64,000 nt of DNA from an uncultured Armatimonadetes bacterium (GTDB taxonomy: Bacteria > Armatimonadota > Hebobacteria > Hebobacterales > Hebobacteraceae): the NCBI GenBank assembly GCA_963716175.1, contig OY970296.1:640001-704000 (forward strand), given 5' to 3'. The translations under genes were made by a program, and so were the position numbers. The notes under the pieces are model-generated. The model made no database searches, was not told the origin of the DNA, and saw only the letters and a list, made by a program, of their open reading frames with translations. Every line of letters starts with the position of its first letter. Positions within the stretch are counted from its first letter, which is position 1. Positions 48,438 through 60,228 of the stretch are shown here, in pieces.

Positions 48438-51400
48438 TCATCCAGCTATACGCAGCAACTCGTCACTGAGCACCACGCGAGCCAGCGTTCCGCCGGCGCT
48501 CGGCGCCAATGTGAACGTCCCTCGGTACTGGCCGACCACGATGCTCTGCACCAGGCCGATCCCCATGCCCGGCTGGTGGCTCAGGTCCAGGCCCGGCGGC
48601 ACCGGGTTGCCCGAGTTCCAGATGGTGAAATGAAGCCGGCCCTTGGACCACGCCAGCCATGCCCTGACGCGGAGTTCACCATCGGCATCCGCTGCCCCGT
48701 GCTTGATGGCATTGGTCATCAGCTCGTTGGCGATGATGCACAACGTGGTGGCCGTCCTCGCCGGATAAGTAATCTCATCACCTTTGACCGACAGCGTCAC
48801 CCGCTCGCGCTCGAAGGCCCGCTGAACAGTGGCGGAGATGCGGCGCAGCACGGTCAGCAGGTTCACCTCATCTGCCCCCTCGATCAGGCCCAATTGCTCG
48901 TGCACCTCGGCGAAAGCGTACAGCCGAGAGATGGCGTCCTGAAGCATTGCTACCACATTTGGCTCGGTCTGCCCCGCGATCTGCATTTGCAGCAACCCGG
49001 CTACCATGCTCAGGTTGTTCTTCGTGCGGTGGCTGATCTCCCGGTTGAGGGTCTCGGCCAGCTCGGCGCGAGCCCGTTCGGCGGCCAGCAGTTGCTCCCG
49101 CACCTCGACCTGGTAGGTCACGTCAGAGGCCGAGATCACCGCGAGCTGGACCGCGCCCGTCTCGTCCTTGATTGGCACCACGGACCAGTCGGTGTAGCGC
49201 CCCTCCCCCGCCCGGAGAGGATTCTCGACCCGGTACTCGTGGGCCTCCTGCATCTCGCCCGTGGCCAGCACGTGCTGCAAGGCGGCCCTGCGCACCGGAT
49301 CGGGCGACACCTCATCATAGCGACGGCCTGCCAACTCCTCTGGGCTGAGGCCAACCATGCGTGCATAGCCGGGGTTCGCCCTCACGAACCGGCCCTCGCG
49401 GTCCACACTGGCCAGGAAGGGACGAGCGTTGTCCAGCACGGTTTCGAGTTCGGCCGTTCGCTCTCTGACCAGTTGCTCGAGGTGCTCCTGATGACGGCGG
49501 AGCTCCTCCTCTGCCCGCTTGCGCTCGGTGATGTCGAGGCCCACCTCCATGATGAGGAAGGAGCCGTCGGTATCAGTGAAGGGGAAGTCGAAGATATCGT
49601 AATTGCGGCCGTCCGGGCCCGTCCACTCCCACCGGTGGGGCGCCCTGGTTTCCAGAACCTTGTACGTTTCGCAGACATCGCAGGGCTCGCTGCGCCCGAA
49701 CAGATACTCGAAGCAGCGCCGGCCGTGGGACTCGCCGAAGCGCTCCCGGAAGAAACGGTTGGCAAAGGGCACGTGGTGATCGGGCGTCAACAGCACCACA
49801 TAGACCGGCAGCGCCTCCAGCACGTCGTTGAACCGCTTCCGTTCGGATTGCACGGCCTGCTCGGCCCGCTTCTGGGCGGTGACATCGCGCGCCGCGGCAA
49901 AGACGCCGCGCACGTCGCCGCGCTCGCCCCGGTACACCGAAGCGTTGTAGAGCACATCAGTCAGCCTGCCGTCCTGGTGGCGGATGGTCAGCGGGTAGTC
50001 GGTCACGAAGCCCTCGGAGAAGACTTGCCGGTACCCCTCCCGCGCTCTCTCCGACTCCGTGAAGTAATCGGAGAAATCCGTTCCCACCAGCCGCGCGGGG
50101 CGCGCCTGTCACCTTGACCGTGGCCTCGTTGACATCGGTGATCTTGCCCTCGGGGCTGATCGTGACCAGCGGGTCCGGGCTAGCCTCGATCAGGCTGCGT
50201 GCGTACCGCGACGCGGCGCGGAGATCCTCCTCCGCTCGCCTCCGCTCGGCGATCTCGCGCGTGAGGGCCTCGTTCACGCCTTCCAGTTCGGCCGTCCGCT
50301 CCTGGACGCGGACCTCCAGTTGCTCCTTTGCTTCCCGCAACGCCTCCTCGGCCTGCTTGCGCTCGGTGATGTCGGTGAAGATCGAAGCGAGCTGCCCCGG
50401 CCAGGGCGAGTAGTAGTGGTTTTCGTAATAGCGCCCCGTAGCGGCGACAAACCCCTCAGCTATGGTCGGTTCGCCGGTCTTCGCAACATGGCTGATAGCA
50501 TCGAACCAGGACCTCTCAACCCCCGGGAACAGCTCGTTGAGGGTGCGGCCGACGACCTCCCCACGGGTCTTGCCGATGATCCTCTCATAGGCCGGGTTCA
50601 CCTCCAGGAAGCGCCAGTCCACGACGTTGCCGGCATCGTCGTGGATGAAGTCCGCCAGAAGAAATCCTTCAGTCATGTTGACGAACAGCTCGCGGTAGCG
50701 CGCCTCGCTCTCTCGCAGGGCCTGCTCGCGCTCGCGGATCTGCTCCGCCATCTGGTTGAATGCGCTAGCCAGCTCCGCCAGCTCCGCCGGCCCGGACTCG
50801 CGAACGCGGGTGCCGGGCGCGCCCGCGCCGACTGCACGCGTGGACGCGCCGAGGCGCTCGATGGGCTCGGTGATCGTCCGCGCTCCCACGGTCGCCAGCA
50901 GCACCCCGAGGAGGGCCAGCAGGAGGAAAATGCTGGCGCTTCTCCCCATCCCCGCCTTGATGGAAGCGAGCACCTCCTCCTCAGAGCGGCCGGCGCCTGC
51001 CACCCAGCCTACCGAGTGGATGGGGACCGCGGTGACGACCCGCGTCCCCTTCTGAAAGCCAACGTACTCGACGAGCTTGGCCTCCTGCCCTGCCAGCGCG
51101 GCGCACGCTACGCGGTACAGCTTGCCCCAGTCGCGCTCCTGGTAGCTCAGCGATACCGCGGGCAGGCGAAACGCCAGCCATCCGCTGCTGTCAACAATGC
51201 TCACTGCCCCGGCCCCCGAGCGCCTGACGTTGATCACTTGATCCATTCGGTTCGGGTCAACCACCGCCACGACGATCCCCCGCAGTGTCCCCGCCGCGTC
51301 GCGCGCGCCATGAATAACCGAGAATCTGGCCTCCTTGGCATCCGGAGGGCGAGTGACATTCGTCACCACCGGCTCGCGGCCGCGCACGACCTCGCCGAGC

Positions 51401-51807
51401 CAGAAGTGATCGGGCCACTGCTTCCCAATTAACTGATTGTCGCTCGACGCAGCCACCCGGCCATCCGGCTCCAGCCAGCTAACCGAGATGACCTGCGGAT
51501 AGGCTTTCTGCACCTGCCCGAGGTACCAGTTCGTCTGCGGTTTCGGCAACGAGGTCAGCAGGAGCAACCCCTGCCCAACAGCCTTTTCCTCGTGTCGGAG
51601 ATCGTCGAGGAAGGCATCAAAGGACGCGGCCACCGCTCGCGCGATCTCCAGGTTGGCCTGCAGCTCCGCACCCCGCTTAGCCCGGTAGTCGTGCAGATAC
51701 ACCCAAGCCTGGAGCAGCACGATGGGCACCAGCACTATGAAGAGCCGCGTCAGCAGGATGCTTCTCACACTTCTGCGCCGCGGTCGGTCTCGTGCGGCTG
51801 TCGCCAT
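48438..51807 (-). CDS. Membrane sensor histidine kinase: Cache, HAMP, several PAS, HisKA_2-type kinase (frameshift near 50093)
   Basis: Two TMs flanking a Cache-like domain, HAMP (ELAELASAFNQM), PAS repeats (DITERK), EISHRTKNNL, NELMTNAIKH, GMGIGLV. Confidence 0.85.
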
Positions 51808-52038
51808 CGCAGTCACCTCCCAGGCCAAAGGGCCGCAATGATGGTAGGGGCCTGTCACGAGGAAGTTTCTCCCTCCGGGGACAGCAATCCTCGCGTCGGG
51901 ACGGATGGGGGGTTGGCGGCCCCGGAGGCCAGCGGCGCCGGACTGGCTCCGCCTGCCGCCAGATCGGCCGCCCTTGATGAGGGAGAGCGCGGTGGCCGGC
52001 GAATAAGCTGATCATCTGGGCCGCAAGAGGAGATCAGA

Positions 52039-52833
52039 ATGCGTTGGATAGAGCTGACGACGACCGAGATGGAAGCCGCGCGGGAACGCGCCCAGGGAGT
52101 GGCGCTGATCCCGGTCGGGAGCATCGAAACCCATGGGCCGCATCTACCGGTAGGCTGTGATGCCCTGGTCGTGGAGCGAGTGGCCGATCTGGTGGCCCGA
52201 GAGGAGCCAGTCGTGGTGTTGCCGCCCATGCCTTACACCTGGAGCCCGCAGGCCCGCCGGCACCCGGGCGCGATCACCGTTCAGTCCACTCACCTGGTGG
52301 CGTTCCTTGAGGACGTGTGCGATGAGGTCTGGCGCAATGGGTTCCCCAAGATCGTGCTGCTCCACGCCCATGGCGGCAACATCCCGATGGACACGCTGAT
52401 GCCGATGCATATGGTCGAGCGCGGCAAGCCCTACGCGCTCTACTGCATCGGCCCATGGGGCGGGCTGGACCCGGAGGTGCTTTCTCGGGAGCGGCAGCGG
52501 GCGCCCATCGGCCATGCCTGCCATGTGGAGACCAGTTCCCTGATGTTCGTGCGGCCAGACCTGGCGAAGCTGGCCAACCTCGAGGGTGAGGACATCGCGC
52601 CGCGCGAGGGGCCGCAGGTCGGCTCGGCCCAGACCGGCATCGGCTGGATCGAGAGGTCCCCGTACGGTGTCATCGGACAGCCCAAACTGGCAACGCCGCA
52701 ATTGGGAGAGGAGCTGATCACGGGATGGGCCAAGGGCGTGGTCGAGATCATCCGAAAGGTGAAGGCGGACGAGGTCACGCCGAAAGTGGTGAGTGAGTTC
52801 GCCCGCCAGTGTGGGCGTGGAGAGATGAGGTGA
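52039..52833 (+). CDS. Creatininase-family amidohydrolase
   Basis: PVGSIETHGPHLPVGCD, HAHGGN, GHACHVETS. Confidence 0.9.
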   Translation: MRWIELTTTEMEAARERAQGVALIPVGSIETHGPHLPVGCDALVVERVADLVAREEPVVVLPPMPYTWSPQARRHPGAITVQSTHLVAFLEDVCDEVWRNGFPKIVLLHAHGGNIPMDTLMPMHMVERGKPYALYCIGPWGGLDPEVLSRERQRAPIGHACHVETSSLMFVRPDLAKLANLEGEDIAPREGPQVGSAQTGIGWIERSPYGVIGQPKLATPQLGEELITGWAKGVVEIIRKVKADEVTPKVVSEFARQCGRGEMR

Positions 52834-53865
52834 AGGCGCGACCCGATTTCGAACGCTTCTTGAGGGTCGTGCTGAAGCACGAGGAGCCCGAGCGAGTACC
52901 AGTAGCGGAGTTCGGCATTGACTGGGGCGTGATCGAGCTGATCCAGGGCCCGCCTTCGGGAGAGGGCAGGGACGCGACCCGCGGCCTGGCTGGCCAGGTT
53001 CTGGCGCGACATTGGCTGTGACTACGTCACGCAGGGGTTGAACCTGAGCTTCCCGCGCGAGGAGCTGAGGACAGCAGACACGGCAATCCTGTCGCACGGG
53101 GAGCGGTCATGGGTGAATGAGGGGAAGGGGCCGATCACCACCTGGGAGGAGTTCGAGAAGTACCCCTGGCCCGAGGTGACCCCATCGGCCTTCGAGGGGC
53201 TGGAGGTGATGGAACGGAACCTGCCGGAGGGGATGAAGATGGCGGCATCCATCCCCGGCGGCCCACTGGAGAACCTGACCTTCCTCATGGGGTTCGAGAC
53301 CTTCAGTTACGCACTCGCCGACGACCCGGCGCTGGTGGCGGCGGTGGCGGAGCGAATCGGTGACACCTTGTGTCGGGTGGTGGAGGTAACCAGCAGCATG
53401 GAGGCGGTGGGGGCGCAGTGGCTCAATGACGATATGGGGTTCAAGAACGCGACCCTGGCGAGCCCGGCGGCACTGCGGAAGTACGTGTTCCCGACGCAGC
53501 AGAGGATCTGCGAGATCGCGCATCGGAACGGTAAGCCCGTGTTCCTGCACTCCTGCGGGAAGCTGGATGAGATCATGGATGAGCTGATAGACGAGGTCGG
53601 CATCGATGCCAAGCACTCGTTCGAAGATGTGATCATGCCGGTGTGGGAGGCGAAGCGCAAGTGGGGGAAGCGGATCGGGCTCCTGGGCGGCGTGGACATG
53701 GATGTCCTGGCGCGGCGAAGCGAGGCGGAGGTGCGGGCGTACACTCGCCGCTGCATTAATGAGTGCCTGCCAGGCGGCGGATGGGCGCTTGGGTCAGGCA
53801 ACACGATCGCGAACTACGTGCCGGTCGCGAACTTCATGGCGATGCTCGACGAGGCCACGCGCTAG
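52830..53865 (+). CDS. Uroporphyrinogen decarboxylase-family (URO-D/MtaA-like) protein (frameshift near 52979)
   Basis: EPERVP, GPITTWEEFEKYPWP, NDDMG, FLHSCG, KHSFED, GGVDMD, LGSGN; extra C in a C run shifts the frame. Confidence 0.82.
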
Positions 53866-53947
53866 CTCGAGACGAGGCCGGTGACCTGGGAATCCCGGCC
53901 GCAGGTGAACACCACATCGCGGCCCTCCTCCCCGAATCGAGGTAGAG

Positions 53948-55282
53948 CTAGCTCTCAGCCGCGGCGTTCAGGTCCGTTTCGAACTCGATGCGCTGGCCCG
54001 GCACGAGGCGGTCGCACTCGATTGTCAGCTCCGGATTCGTGCCACCGGACGCGACGGCGAACCGGCGCGCTTCGCCCGGAAGCAATCCCTTGAGCGAGTC
54101 CGGTGCGCGCACTCCGTTCACGGCCACGAACGCGTCGTAGTAGATGGGCGCCACGCCGGCGTTCGTCACCGTTACATGCGCGGCGGTGTCGCTGGCCTCG
54201 AAGGCGGTGACCTTGAACCTGTAGCCGCACGCCAGACTGTGCTCGCGGATGCGCTCCATCGTGGTCCAGCGCGGCCACTGCTCGCAGATCATGAAGGTAA
54301 TGTGGAAGTTCGCTGCTTCCTTCGCCCAGGCCGCAGCCACTTGCTCCTCGCGCTGCTGGTTCCGGAACAGAATCTCGCCGCCGCAGGGAGAGCGCTGCCA
54401 ACGGTCGCGGGCGAAGAACTCCCAGCCCTCCAGGTTGTAGCCCGGTTCCCACGCGAGATGAAACGAGTCGTCGAACAGGCCGAACTTGAGGTCGAGCAAC
54501 TCGGGTTGCGTGGCGAAGGGCGTGCGGCTGGCCTCCTGCGCGTCCTGCGAGATCATCCACGGTGTTTCCTTGAACACCTTGGTGAGGTGCCGGAAGAACT
54601 GCGCCTGGAACTCCTTGCTCGGGAACGTCTTTCCCAGTTGCTCCGGCCCGGAGTAGATATGATACTCCGCCCAGAGCCCGAAGCCGACCTCCAGGAAGGC
54701 CAGCCGCGGGTCGCGGTCGTACTTCGCGGCGAACCGCTGGTAGAACTCGAGGAAGAAGCGCTGGTATTCCGGATTGGACCAATCGGGAAAAGCCGTGTCG
54801 CGGCCTTCGCTCTTGGCCTCCGCCTCTTTGTAGTCCGGCAACGCCTTGATGTACTGGGGCACCGTGGTCTGCTGGCCAGGCCAGGTTTCGTAGAAGCGCA
54901 GCACGGCCTGGTGCTGGCGGCTGGCGACAGAGTTGAGCTTGCGCTCGACCGCGGACCAGTCGTACTCACCTTTGGCTTTCACCACATCATCGTAGCGCAT
55001 GTAGGAGTACTCGAGTGCGATGGCGTCCGTGTGGCTGTTCTCCGATTCCTCCCACATCACGATGCCGGTCATGGGCTGCACGTGGGTGATCCGGCCCCGG
55101 AGGGAAACGGGATGGAAGGAACCGCCCGCGGCGGAGGCAGCCTCTGAGGCAGCCGAGGCCGAACCGGGTCGCGGCAGGCCGGGCGGGGGCAAGGGCCGCT
55201 CGCCGGCGAGGCCGCACAGGCACGTGGCAGCGAGGAAAAGGCCGCTGATGATTGGAATCCGGCGTCGCAGTGAATCTTCCAT
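53948..55282 (-). CDS. Secreted DUF4832-type putative glycoside hydrolase (second paralog)
   Basis: Signal peptide, QPMTGIV, LEYSYM, GFGLWAEYH, CGYRF, NAGVAPIY. Confidence 0.75.
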   Translation of the reverse strand: MEDSLRRRIPIISGLFLAATCLCGLAGERPLPPPGLPRPGSASAASEAASAAGGSFHPVSLRGRITHVQPMTGIVMWEESENSHTDAIALEYSYMRYDDVVKAKGEYDWSAVERKLNSVASRQHQAVLRFYETWPGQQTTVPQYIKALPDYKEAEAKSEGRDTAFPDWSNPEYQRFFLEFYQRFAAKYDRDPRLAFLEVGFGLWAEYHIYSGPEQLGKTFPSKEFQAQFFRHLTKVFKETPWMISQDAQEASRTPFATQPELLDLKFGLFDDSFHLAWEPGYNLEGWEFFARDRWQRSPCGGEILFRNQQREEQVAAAWAKEAANFHITFMICEQWPRWTTMERIREHSLACGYRFKVTAFEASDTAAHVTVTNAGVAPIYYDAFVAVNGVRAPDSLKGLLPGEARRFAVASGGTNPELTIECDRLVPGQRIEFETDLNAAAES

Positions 55283-55676
55283 GTCTGACCTACCCCCTTG
55301 CTATTGCTGAGCCGTGAGCTTGCTACCGTCACTCGGCTCTGCATCACTGTTCGCCGGGTAACCATCACCTCCTGCGTCCAGAAGACGTGTCGCTCAGCAG
55401 CGCTGGCTGGAAAGCAACGCGCGACGGCGGGTAGACGGCGGCTGGCATGGGCTTGGCAGCGGCGGGGCTCCCTGTGTGCAGCGGGGCTGAGGAGACTATC
55501 CGAGGAGCGGCTCCCCCTGCAAGCGAATAGTGGACGCGGGCCAGAGGTGGCGTTGCCGATGAATGGCCCGGGGCCACAGATGATGCCAGGCAAGGCACCG
55601 TGTTCTCGAGGAGCCCGAGTGGGGAGCATCGCCTGTTTGCCTATCCCATCATTGAGCCACCTTGGCGGAGCAGACA

Positions 55677-57716
55677 ATGGGGCGTGACGCTCCCTGGCCG
55701 GGGCAGAGCGCGGAGGCTGTGCCGCAGGAGCGCGGCGCGCGCCCTCGATTCCGTCCCCTACCAGGACTGCTGGTAGGCCTGGCGCTGCTGCCGCCGACGG
55801 TGCTGTGGATGGTCTACAACGAGACCGTGCTGGGCGGAGCGCTGGCGACGCAGATGTCCCTGCCGCTGAACGTGGTGCTGGAGCTGGCGCTGCTGGTGGG
55901 GCTGAACTCGGTGGTGGGAAGACTGCGCCCGCAGTGGCGGCTGTCTCAGGCGCAGTTGCTGATTGCCTACGTGGTGCTGGTTGTGGGCACGGCGGCCTCA
56001 GGGTTCTGGTACACCCAGTCTCTGCCCACGGTTGCGGGGTACATGGCCTGGTATTGCACTCCCGGCCACGGCGGCAGTGCGGCCTTCGATTCGCGGCTGA
56101 ACCTGAGCAGCGTGGTTGACTCCCTGCCGTCGTGGTTCATCGTCAAGGACATGCCGGCGCTGAAGGCATTCTATGAGGGCGCCGACGAGACCACGGCCAT
56201 GGGCGAGTACTGGCGCGCATGGCTGCTGTCGATGGCGTGGTGGGTGCTGCTGTTCTTGGTGCTGGTGTACGTGTTCCTGTGCCTGTCGGTGCTCCTGCGC
56301 AGGCAGTGGTCCGATCGGGAGAGGCTGAACTTCCCGCTGACCCAGGTGCCCCTGGCGATGACGAACCCGGCTGCGCCCCTGTTCAAGAACCGGTTGCTGT
56401 GGCTGGGGATCATCCTGGCCGGCTCGGTGGACGCGCTCAACAACCTGCACCGGATCTACCCTACGGTGCCGATGCTGGATGTGCAGTACAACGATCTGGC
56501 CGAGCGGCTCAACGCCTGGGGGTTCCCCTGGTCCATGATCCAGTGGGGCGCGTTCGGGGTATCGTTCTACCCGTTCGTGATCGGCCTGGGGTTCTTGATG
56601 CCGCTGGACGTGCTCTTCTCCTTCTGGTTCTTCTACCTGCTCTGGAACGTCATCCGGCTGGGGGTGGCCGGACTCGGGTACCCCTATCCGGGGACCGGGG
56701 CAGAGGCGGTTTTCCCCTACATCCCCGACCAGGTGCAAGGCGGGTACCTGGCGCTGGGGGTGATGGCGCTGTGGGCCTCGCGGCTCGATCTCAAACGAGC
56801 GCTGCTGCAGCTCCTCCGCCGCCTCCCGCGGGGCCAGGAGCAAGAGGAGGCGATCAGCTATCCTCATGCGCTGGTCGGGGCTGTGGTGGGCACATTGCTG
56901 CTGATAGCCTTGCTCACCTCGGCCAGCGCCGCGCCCGTGGTATCGGCAGTGTTCATGGTCGGATTCCTGGTGATCTCCATCAGCATCGCGCGCTTGCGGG
57001 CCGAGTTCGGAGCACCATTCCACGACGTGGAGTTCAACACACCGGACTTCGTAATGCCCAAGGTGATGGGCAGCGCGCTGCTGGGCCCGCGCGCGTTGGG
57101 CATGCTGTCCATGCAGATCTGGTACACCGCGGAGAACTTCACCCACCCTATGCCACACAGCATCGAGGCGCTCCGGATCGCATCAGCCCCGCGCACGGGA
57201 GCAAGGCAAGCACCGTTTTTCTGGGGGGTACTGCTAGCCTGGCTGGTGGGGATGTCGCTGTGCATCGTCGCCGTGCTCTACTTCGGGCAGCAGCTGGGCT
57301 ACATGACCAGCAAGACCCTGGGTCAGCGCACCATGTGGTACGGTGAGAACTTCGCGCGGCTCGACCAGATGTTGGCGACGCCGAGCGGCAGCAGACCTCA
57401 GTCCATGATCGCGACCGTGATCGGGATGTTCACCTGCTTCGGGCTGCAGGCCATGCGACTGCGGACGCCCGGCTGGCCCCTAGACCCGGTCGCCTACAGC
57501 CTGGCGAGCACGGCCACCGCGAGCAGCTACTGGCTGCCTCTTTTCCTCGCTTGGGTAGTCAAGAGCCTGATCCTGCGCTATGGCGGCCGCCGCGGCTATA
57601 TGCAGGCGCTACCGTTCTTCCTCGGACTGGTGATCGGCGAGGCCTTCGTCGGAGTCGGCTGGTCCCTCGTCGGCTCCATCCTGCACCAGCGAACATACCG
57701 CTACTACTACTTCTGA
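55677..57716 (+). CDS. DUF6785/DUF6784-type multi-pass membrane protein (second paralog)
   Basis: RRQWSDRERLNFPLTQVPL, ARLRAEFG, WPLDPVAY, LRYGG...PFFLGLVIGE. Confidence 0.75.
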   Translation: MGRDAPWPGQSAEAVPQERGARPRFRPLPGLLVGLALLPPTVLWMVYNETVLGGALATQMSLPLNVVLELALLVGLNSVVGRLRPQWRLSQAQLLIAYVVLVVGTAASGFWYTQSLPTVAGYMAWYCTPGHGGSAAFDSRLNLSSVVDSLPSWFIVKDMPALKAFYEGADETTAMGEYWRAWLLSMAWWVLLFLVLVYVFLCLSVLLRRQWSDRERLNFPLTQVPLAMTNPAAPLFKNRLLWLGIILAGSVDALNNLHRIYPTVPMLDVQYNDLAERLNAWGFPWSMIQWGAFGVSFYPFVIGLGFLMPLDVLFSFWFFYLLWNVIRLGVAGLGYPYPGTGAEAVFPYIPDQVQGGYLALGVMALWASRLDLKRALLQLLRRLPRGQEQEEAISYPHALVGAVVGTLLLIALLTSASAAPVVSAVFMVGFLVISISIARLRAEFGAPFHDVEFNTPDFVMPKVMGSALLGPRALGMLSMQIWYTAENFTHPMPHSIEALRIASAPRTGARQAPFFWGVLLAWLVGMSLCIVAVLYFGQQLGYMTSKTLGQRTMWYGENFARLDQMLATPSGSRPQSMIATVIGMFTCFGLQAMRLRTPGWPLDPVAYSLASTATASSYWLPLFLAWVVKSLILRYGGRRGYMQALPFFLGLVIGEAFVGVGWSLVGSILHQRTYRYYYF

Positions 57717-57860
57717 GCGGACGGCGGCGGAAGCCTCGACCCCGGGCGCTTTCCTCAGGAAGTGCTTCTCGCATCGAAACGCGGGGGTGATGGGCGCGCC
57801 GCCATCTCCACTGGGCCGCGATGTGCGCGTGTCCTGCCTCGCGGGCACGATGGCCGGTCG

Positions 57861-58526
57861 CTACTCGTGTAGCTCTTTCAGCTGTCCCGTCTCCATGTAC
57901 CAGATGCGCTCGCCGATGTTGGTCACGTGATCGGCCATGCGCTCCAGGTAGGTGCCCACCAGCAGCAGTGAGAACGCTTGCGCCGCAAGTCGGGGATCGC
58001 GCTGCACGTACTCGAGCAGCTCCTGGTGGAGTGACCTGTAGGCGTGATCCACCTCGTCGTCCTGGCGGACGGCCTGCATCGCCAGCTCGAGGTCGCGCCG
58101 GACGAAGGCCTCCAGCGCGTCGTGGAGCATCCTCTGCACCAGATGAGCCATGCGCGGGATATCCACCAGGGGCTTGAACAGCGGGTGATCGGCAAGCTCG
58201 CGGGCCTGGCGGGAGGTGTCGACGGCGTAGTCGCCAATGCGCTCGATATCGGCGATGACGCGGAGCACCCCGGCGATGGTGCGCAGATCCCGCGCCATGG
58301 GCTGCTGGAGGGCGAGGAGCTGAATGGCCCGCGCTTCGATATCCATGTTCAGGGCGTCAATCTGGTTCTCTACCACCATCACCTCGTCGCAGAGCGCGAG
58401 GTTGTGCTCGGCCAGCGCGCGCACCGCCAGATCCACCGCCTGCACCGCCATGCTGCCCATGCGCACCACGTCCTGCTGAAGCGATGACAGCTGCTCGTCG
58501 AAACTGTGTCGGATGGGGGTGCTCAA
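57861..58526 (-). CDS. phoU: Phosphate signalling protein PhoU
   Basis: [40 protein letters not shown]; TTG start after AAGGAG. Confidence 0.93.
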   Translation of the reverse strand: MSTPIRHSFDEQLSSLQQDVVRMGSMAVQAVDLAVRALAEHNLALCDEVMVVENQIDALNMDIEARAIQLLALQQPMARDLRTIAGVLRVIADIERIGDYAVDTSRQARELADHPLFKPLVDIPRMAHLVQRMLHDALEAFVRRDLELAMQAVRQDDEVDHAYRSLHQELLEYVQRDPRLAAQAFSLLLVGTYLERMADHVTNIGERIWYMETGQLKELHE

Positions 58527-58542
58527 GTGCCAGACTCCTTCG

Positions 58543-59352
58543 TCACCCGAAGCGCCCGGTGACATAGTCCTCCGTCCGCTTGTCCGCCGGGTCGGTGAAT
58601 ATCCTGGCCGAGGGGCCGAACTCGATCAGCTCGCCGTGGAGGAAGAAGCCGGTCTCCTGCGATACCCGGGCGGCCTGCTGCATGTTGTGGGTGACGATCA
58701 CAATGGTGTATTTCCGCTGCAGCTCGTGCATCAACTCCTCGATTCTGAGGGTGGAAACCGGGTCCAGCGCCGAGCAGGGCTCGTCCATCAGCACCACCTC
58801 CGGGTCCAGGGCGAGCACGCGGCTGATGCAGAGGCGCTGCTGCTGTCCGCCGGAGAGGGTGAAGGCCGACTCCTTTAGCTTGTCCTTCACTTCGTCCCAC
58901 AGCGCCGCCCGTTTCAGGCTCTCCTCCACCAGGTCTGCGAGGTCGGAGCCGCGAGCGATGCCGTGAATGCGCGGGGCGTAGGCGACATTGTCGAAGACCG
59001 ACATGGGGAAGGGATTGGGCCGCTGAAACACCATCCCCACGCGGCGCCGCAGCGCCACCACGTCCACCGCCGGATCATAGATGTCTTCGCCGTCCAGGCG
59101 CACTTCGCCCTCCGTCCGCGCTCCCTCGATGATGTCATTCATCCGATTGAGGGCCCTGAGGAAGGTGGACTTGCCACAGCCCGAGGGTCCGATGAGAGCG
59201 GTGATCTGCCGTTCCCGGATGGTCAGGTTCACATGCTTGAGTGCCTGGAACCGCCCATAGTAGAAATCGAGGCGCTCGACCTCGATCTTCGGTCCCCGCT
59301 GGTCGCGGTAACGCGCGGCGTCCGGTTGGGCTACGGAGGAGATGTTGATCAT
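58543..59352 (-). CDS. pstB: Phosphate ABC transporter ATP-binding protein
   Basis: [45 protein letters not shown]. Confidence 0.96.
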   Translation of the reverse strand: MINISSVAQPDAARYRDQRGPKIEVERLDFYYGRFQALKHVNLTIRERQITALIGPSGCGKSTFLRALNRMNDIIEGARTEGEVRLDGEDIYDPAVDVVALRRRVGMVFQRPNPFPMSVFDNVAYAPRIHGIARGSDLADLVEESLKRAALWDEVKDKLKESAFTLSGGQQQRLCISRVLALDPEVVLMDEPCSALDPVSTLRIEELMHELQRKYTIVIVTHNMQQAARVSQETGFFLHGELIEFGPSARIFTDPADKRTEDYVTGRFG

Positions 59353-59355
59353 GGC

Positions 59356-60228
59356 CTAGGTCACCATGCGGAAGCGGCCCCGGGTGGCGTATCGAGCGGC
59401 GACGCTCAGCACCGACACAAGGCTCACCAGCACCAACGCCGCCGCCCACGCCTGGCGGCGCCAGTCCTCGTAGGGCTGGATGGCGTAGGTGAAGATCTGG
59501 ACCGGCAGATTGGGCATGGGATGGTCTATGCGAGTGCACCAGAATGCGCTGGTGCCCGCGGTCAGCAGCAGCGGAGCGGCTTCGCCCGCGATGCGGGAGA
59601 CCGCAAGCAGGACGCCGGTGATGACTCCGCCCTTTGCCGCCACCAGCACCACCTTGAACACCGTCCGCCAGTGCGTCGCCCCCAGCGAGAGGCTGGCCTC
59701 CCGCAATGAGAGAGGTACCAGCCGCACGAGTTCCTCTGTGGTTCGCATGACGGTCGGGATCATCATCACGCCCAGGGCGGCCCCGCCGGCGATCGCGGAG
59801 AGGCGATGGGTTGGCACCACGACCATGGCCCAGATGAAGATGCCGACCACAATGGAGGGCACCCCGCTGAGCACATCGGCGAAGAAGCGCACGGTCCAGG
59901 CGAAACGATTGGTGCCGAACTCGGCGAGGTAGATGCCTCCCAGGATGCCGACCGGCAACCCCACCAGGCTGGCCAGCCCGATCAGGATGAGGCTGCCGAG
60001 AATGGCATTCGCCATGCCGCCGCCGGGTTCGCCCACGGGCTTGGGCAGCTTGGTGAAGAAGTCGAGGTTGATTCCAGAGGCGCCCTGGGCGACGACGTAG
60101 TACATCACCAGTCCCAGTGGCACGATCGCCGCCAGCACGCAGAGCACAGCCCAGGCCCACATCATGCCGTTGGCGGCCTTGCGGCGCGTGTGTCTCAGGC
60201 CTGCCCTCCGTGCCTGCACCGCGCTCAT
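59356..60228 (-). CDS. pstA: Phosphate ABC transporter permease PstA
   Basis: GGMANAILGS, GVPSIVVG, RTTEE, REASLSLGA, RIAGEAAPLL. Confidence 0.95.
   Translation of the reverse strand: MSAVQARRAGLRHTRRKAANGMMWAWAVLCVLAAIVPLGLVMYYVVAQGASGINLDFFTKLPKPVGEPGGGMANAILGSLILIGLASLVGLPVGILGGIYLAEFGTNRFAWTVRFFADVLSGVPSIVVGIFIWAMVVVPTHRLSAIAGGAALGVMMIPTVMRTTEELVRLVPLSLREASLSLGATHWRTVFKVVLVAAKGGVITGVLLAVSRIAGEAAPLLLTAGTSAFWCTRIDHPMPNLPVQIFTYAIQPYEDWRRQAWAAALVLVSLVSVLSVAARYATRGRFRMVT

Noticed and set aside
55135-55200. GAGGCAGCC direct repeats in the second DUF4832 N-terminus
   Set aside because: Low-complexity Ala/Ser/Pro linker with no similarity to the intergenic repeats.
55283-55676. About 390-nt intergenic region as a riboswitch or ncRNA
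   Set aside because: GC-rich pairing potential only; no recognisable conserved RNA motif. An Rfam search would settle it.
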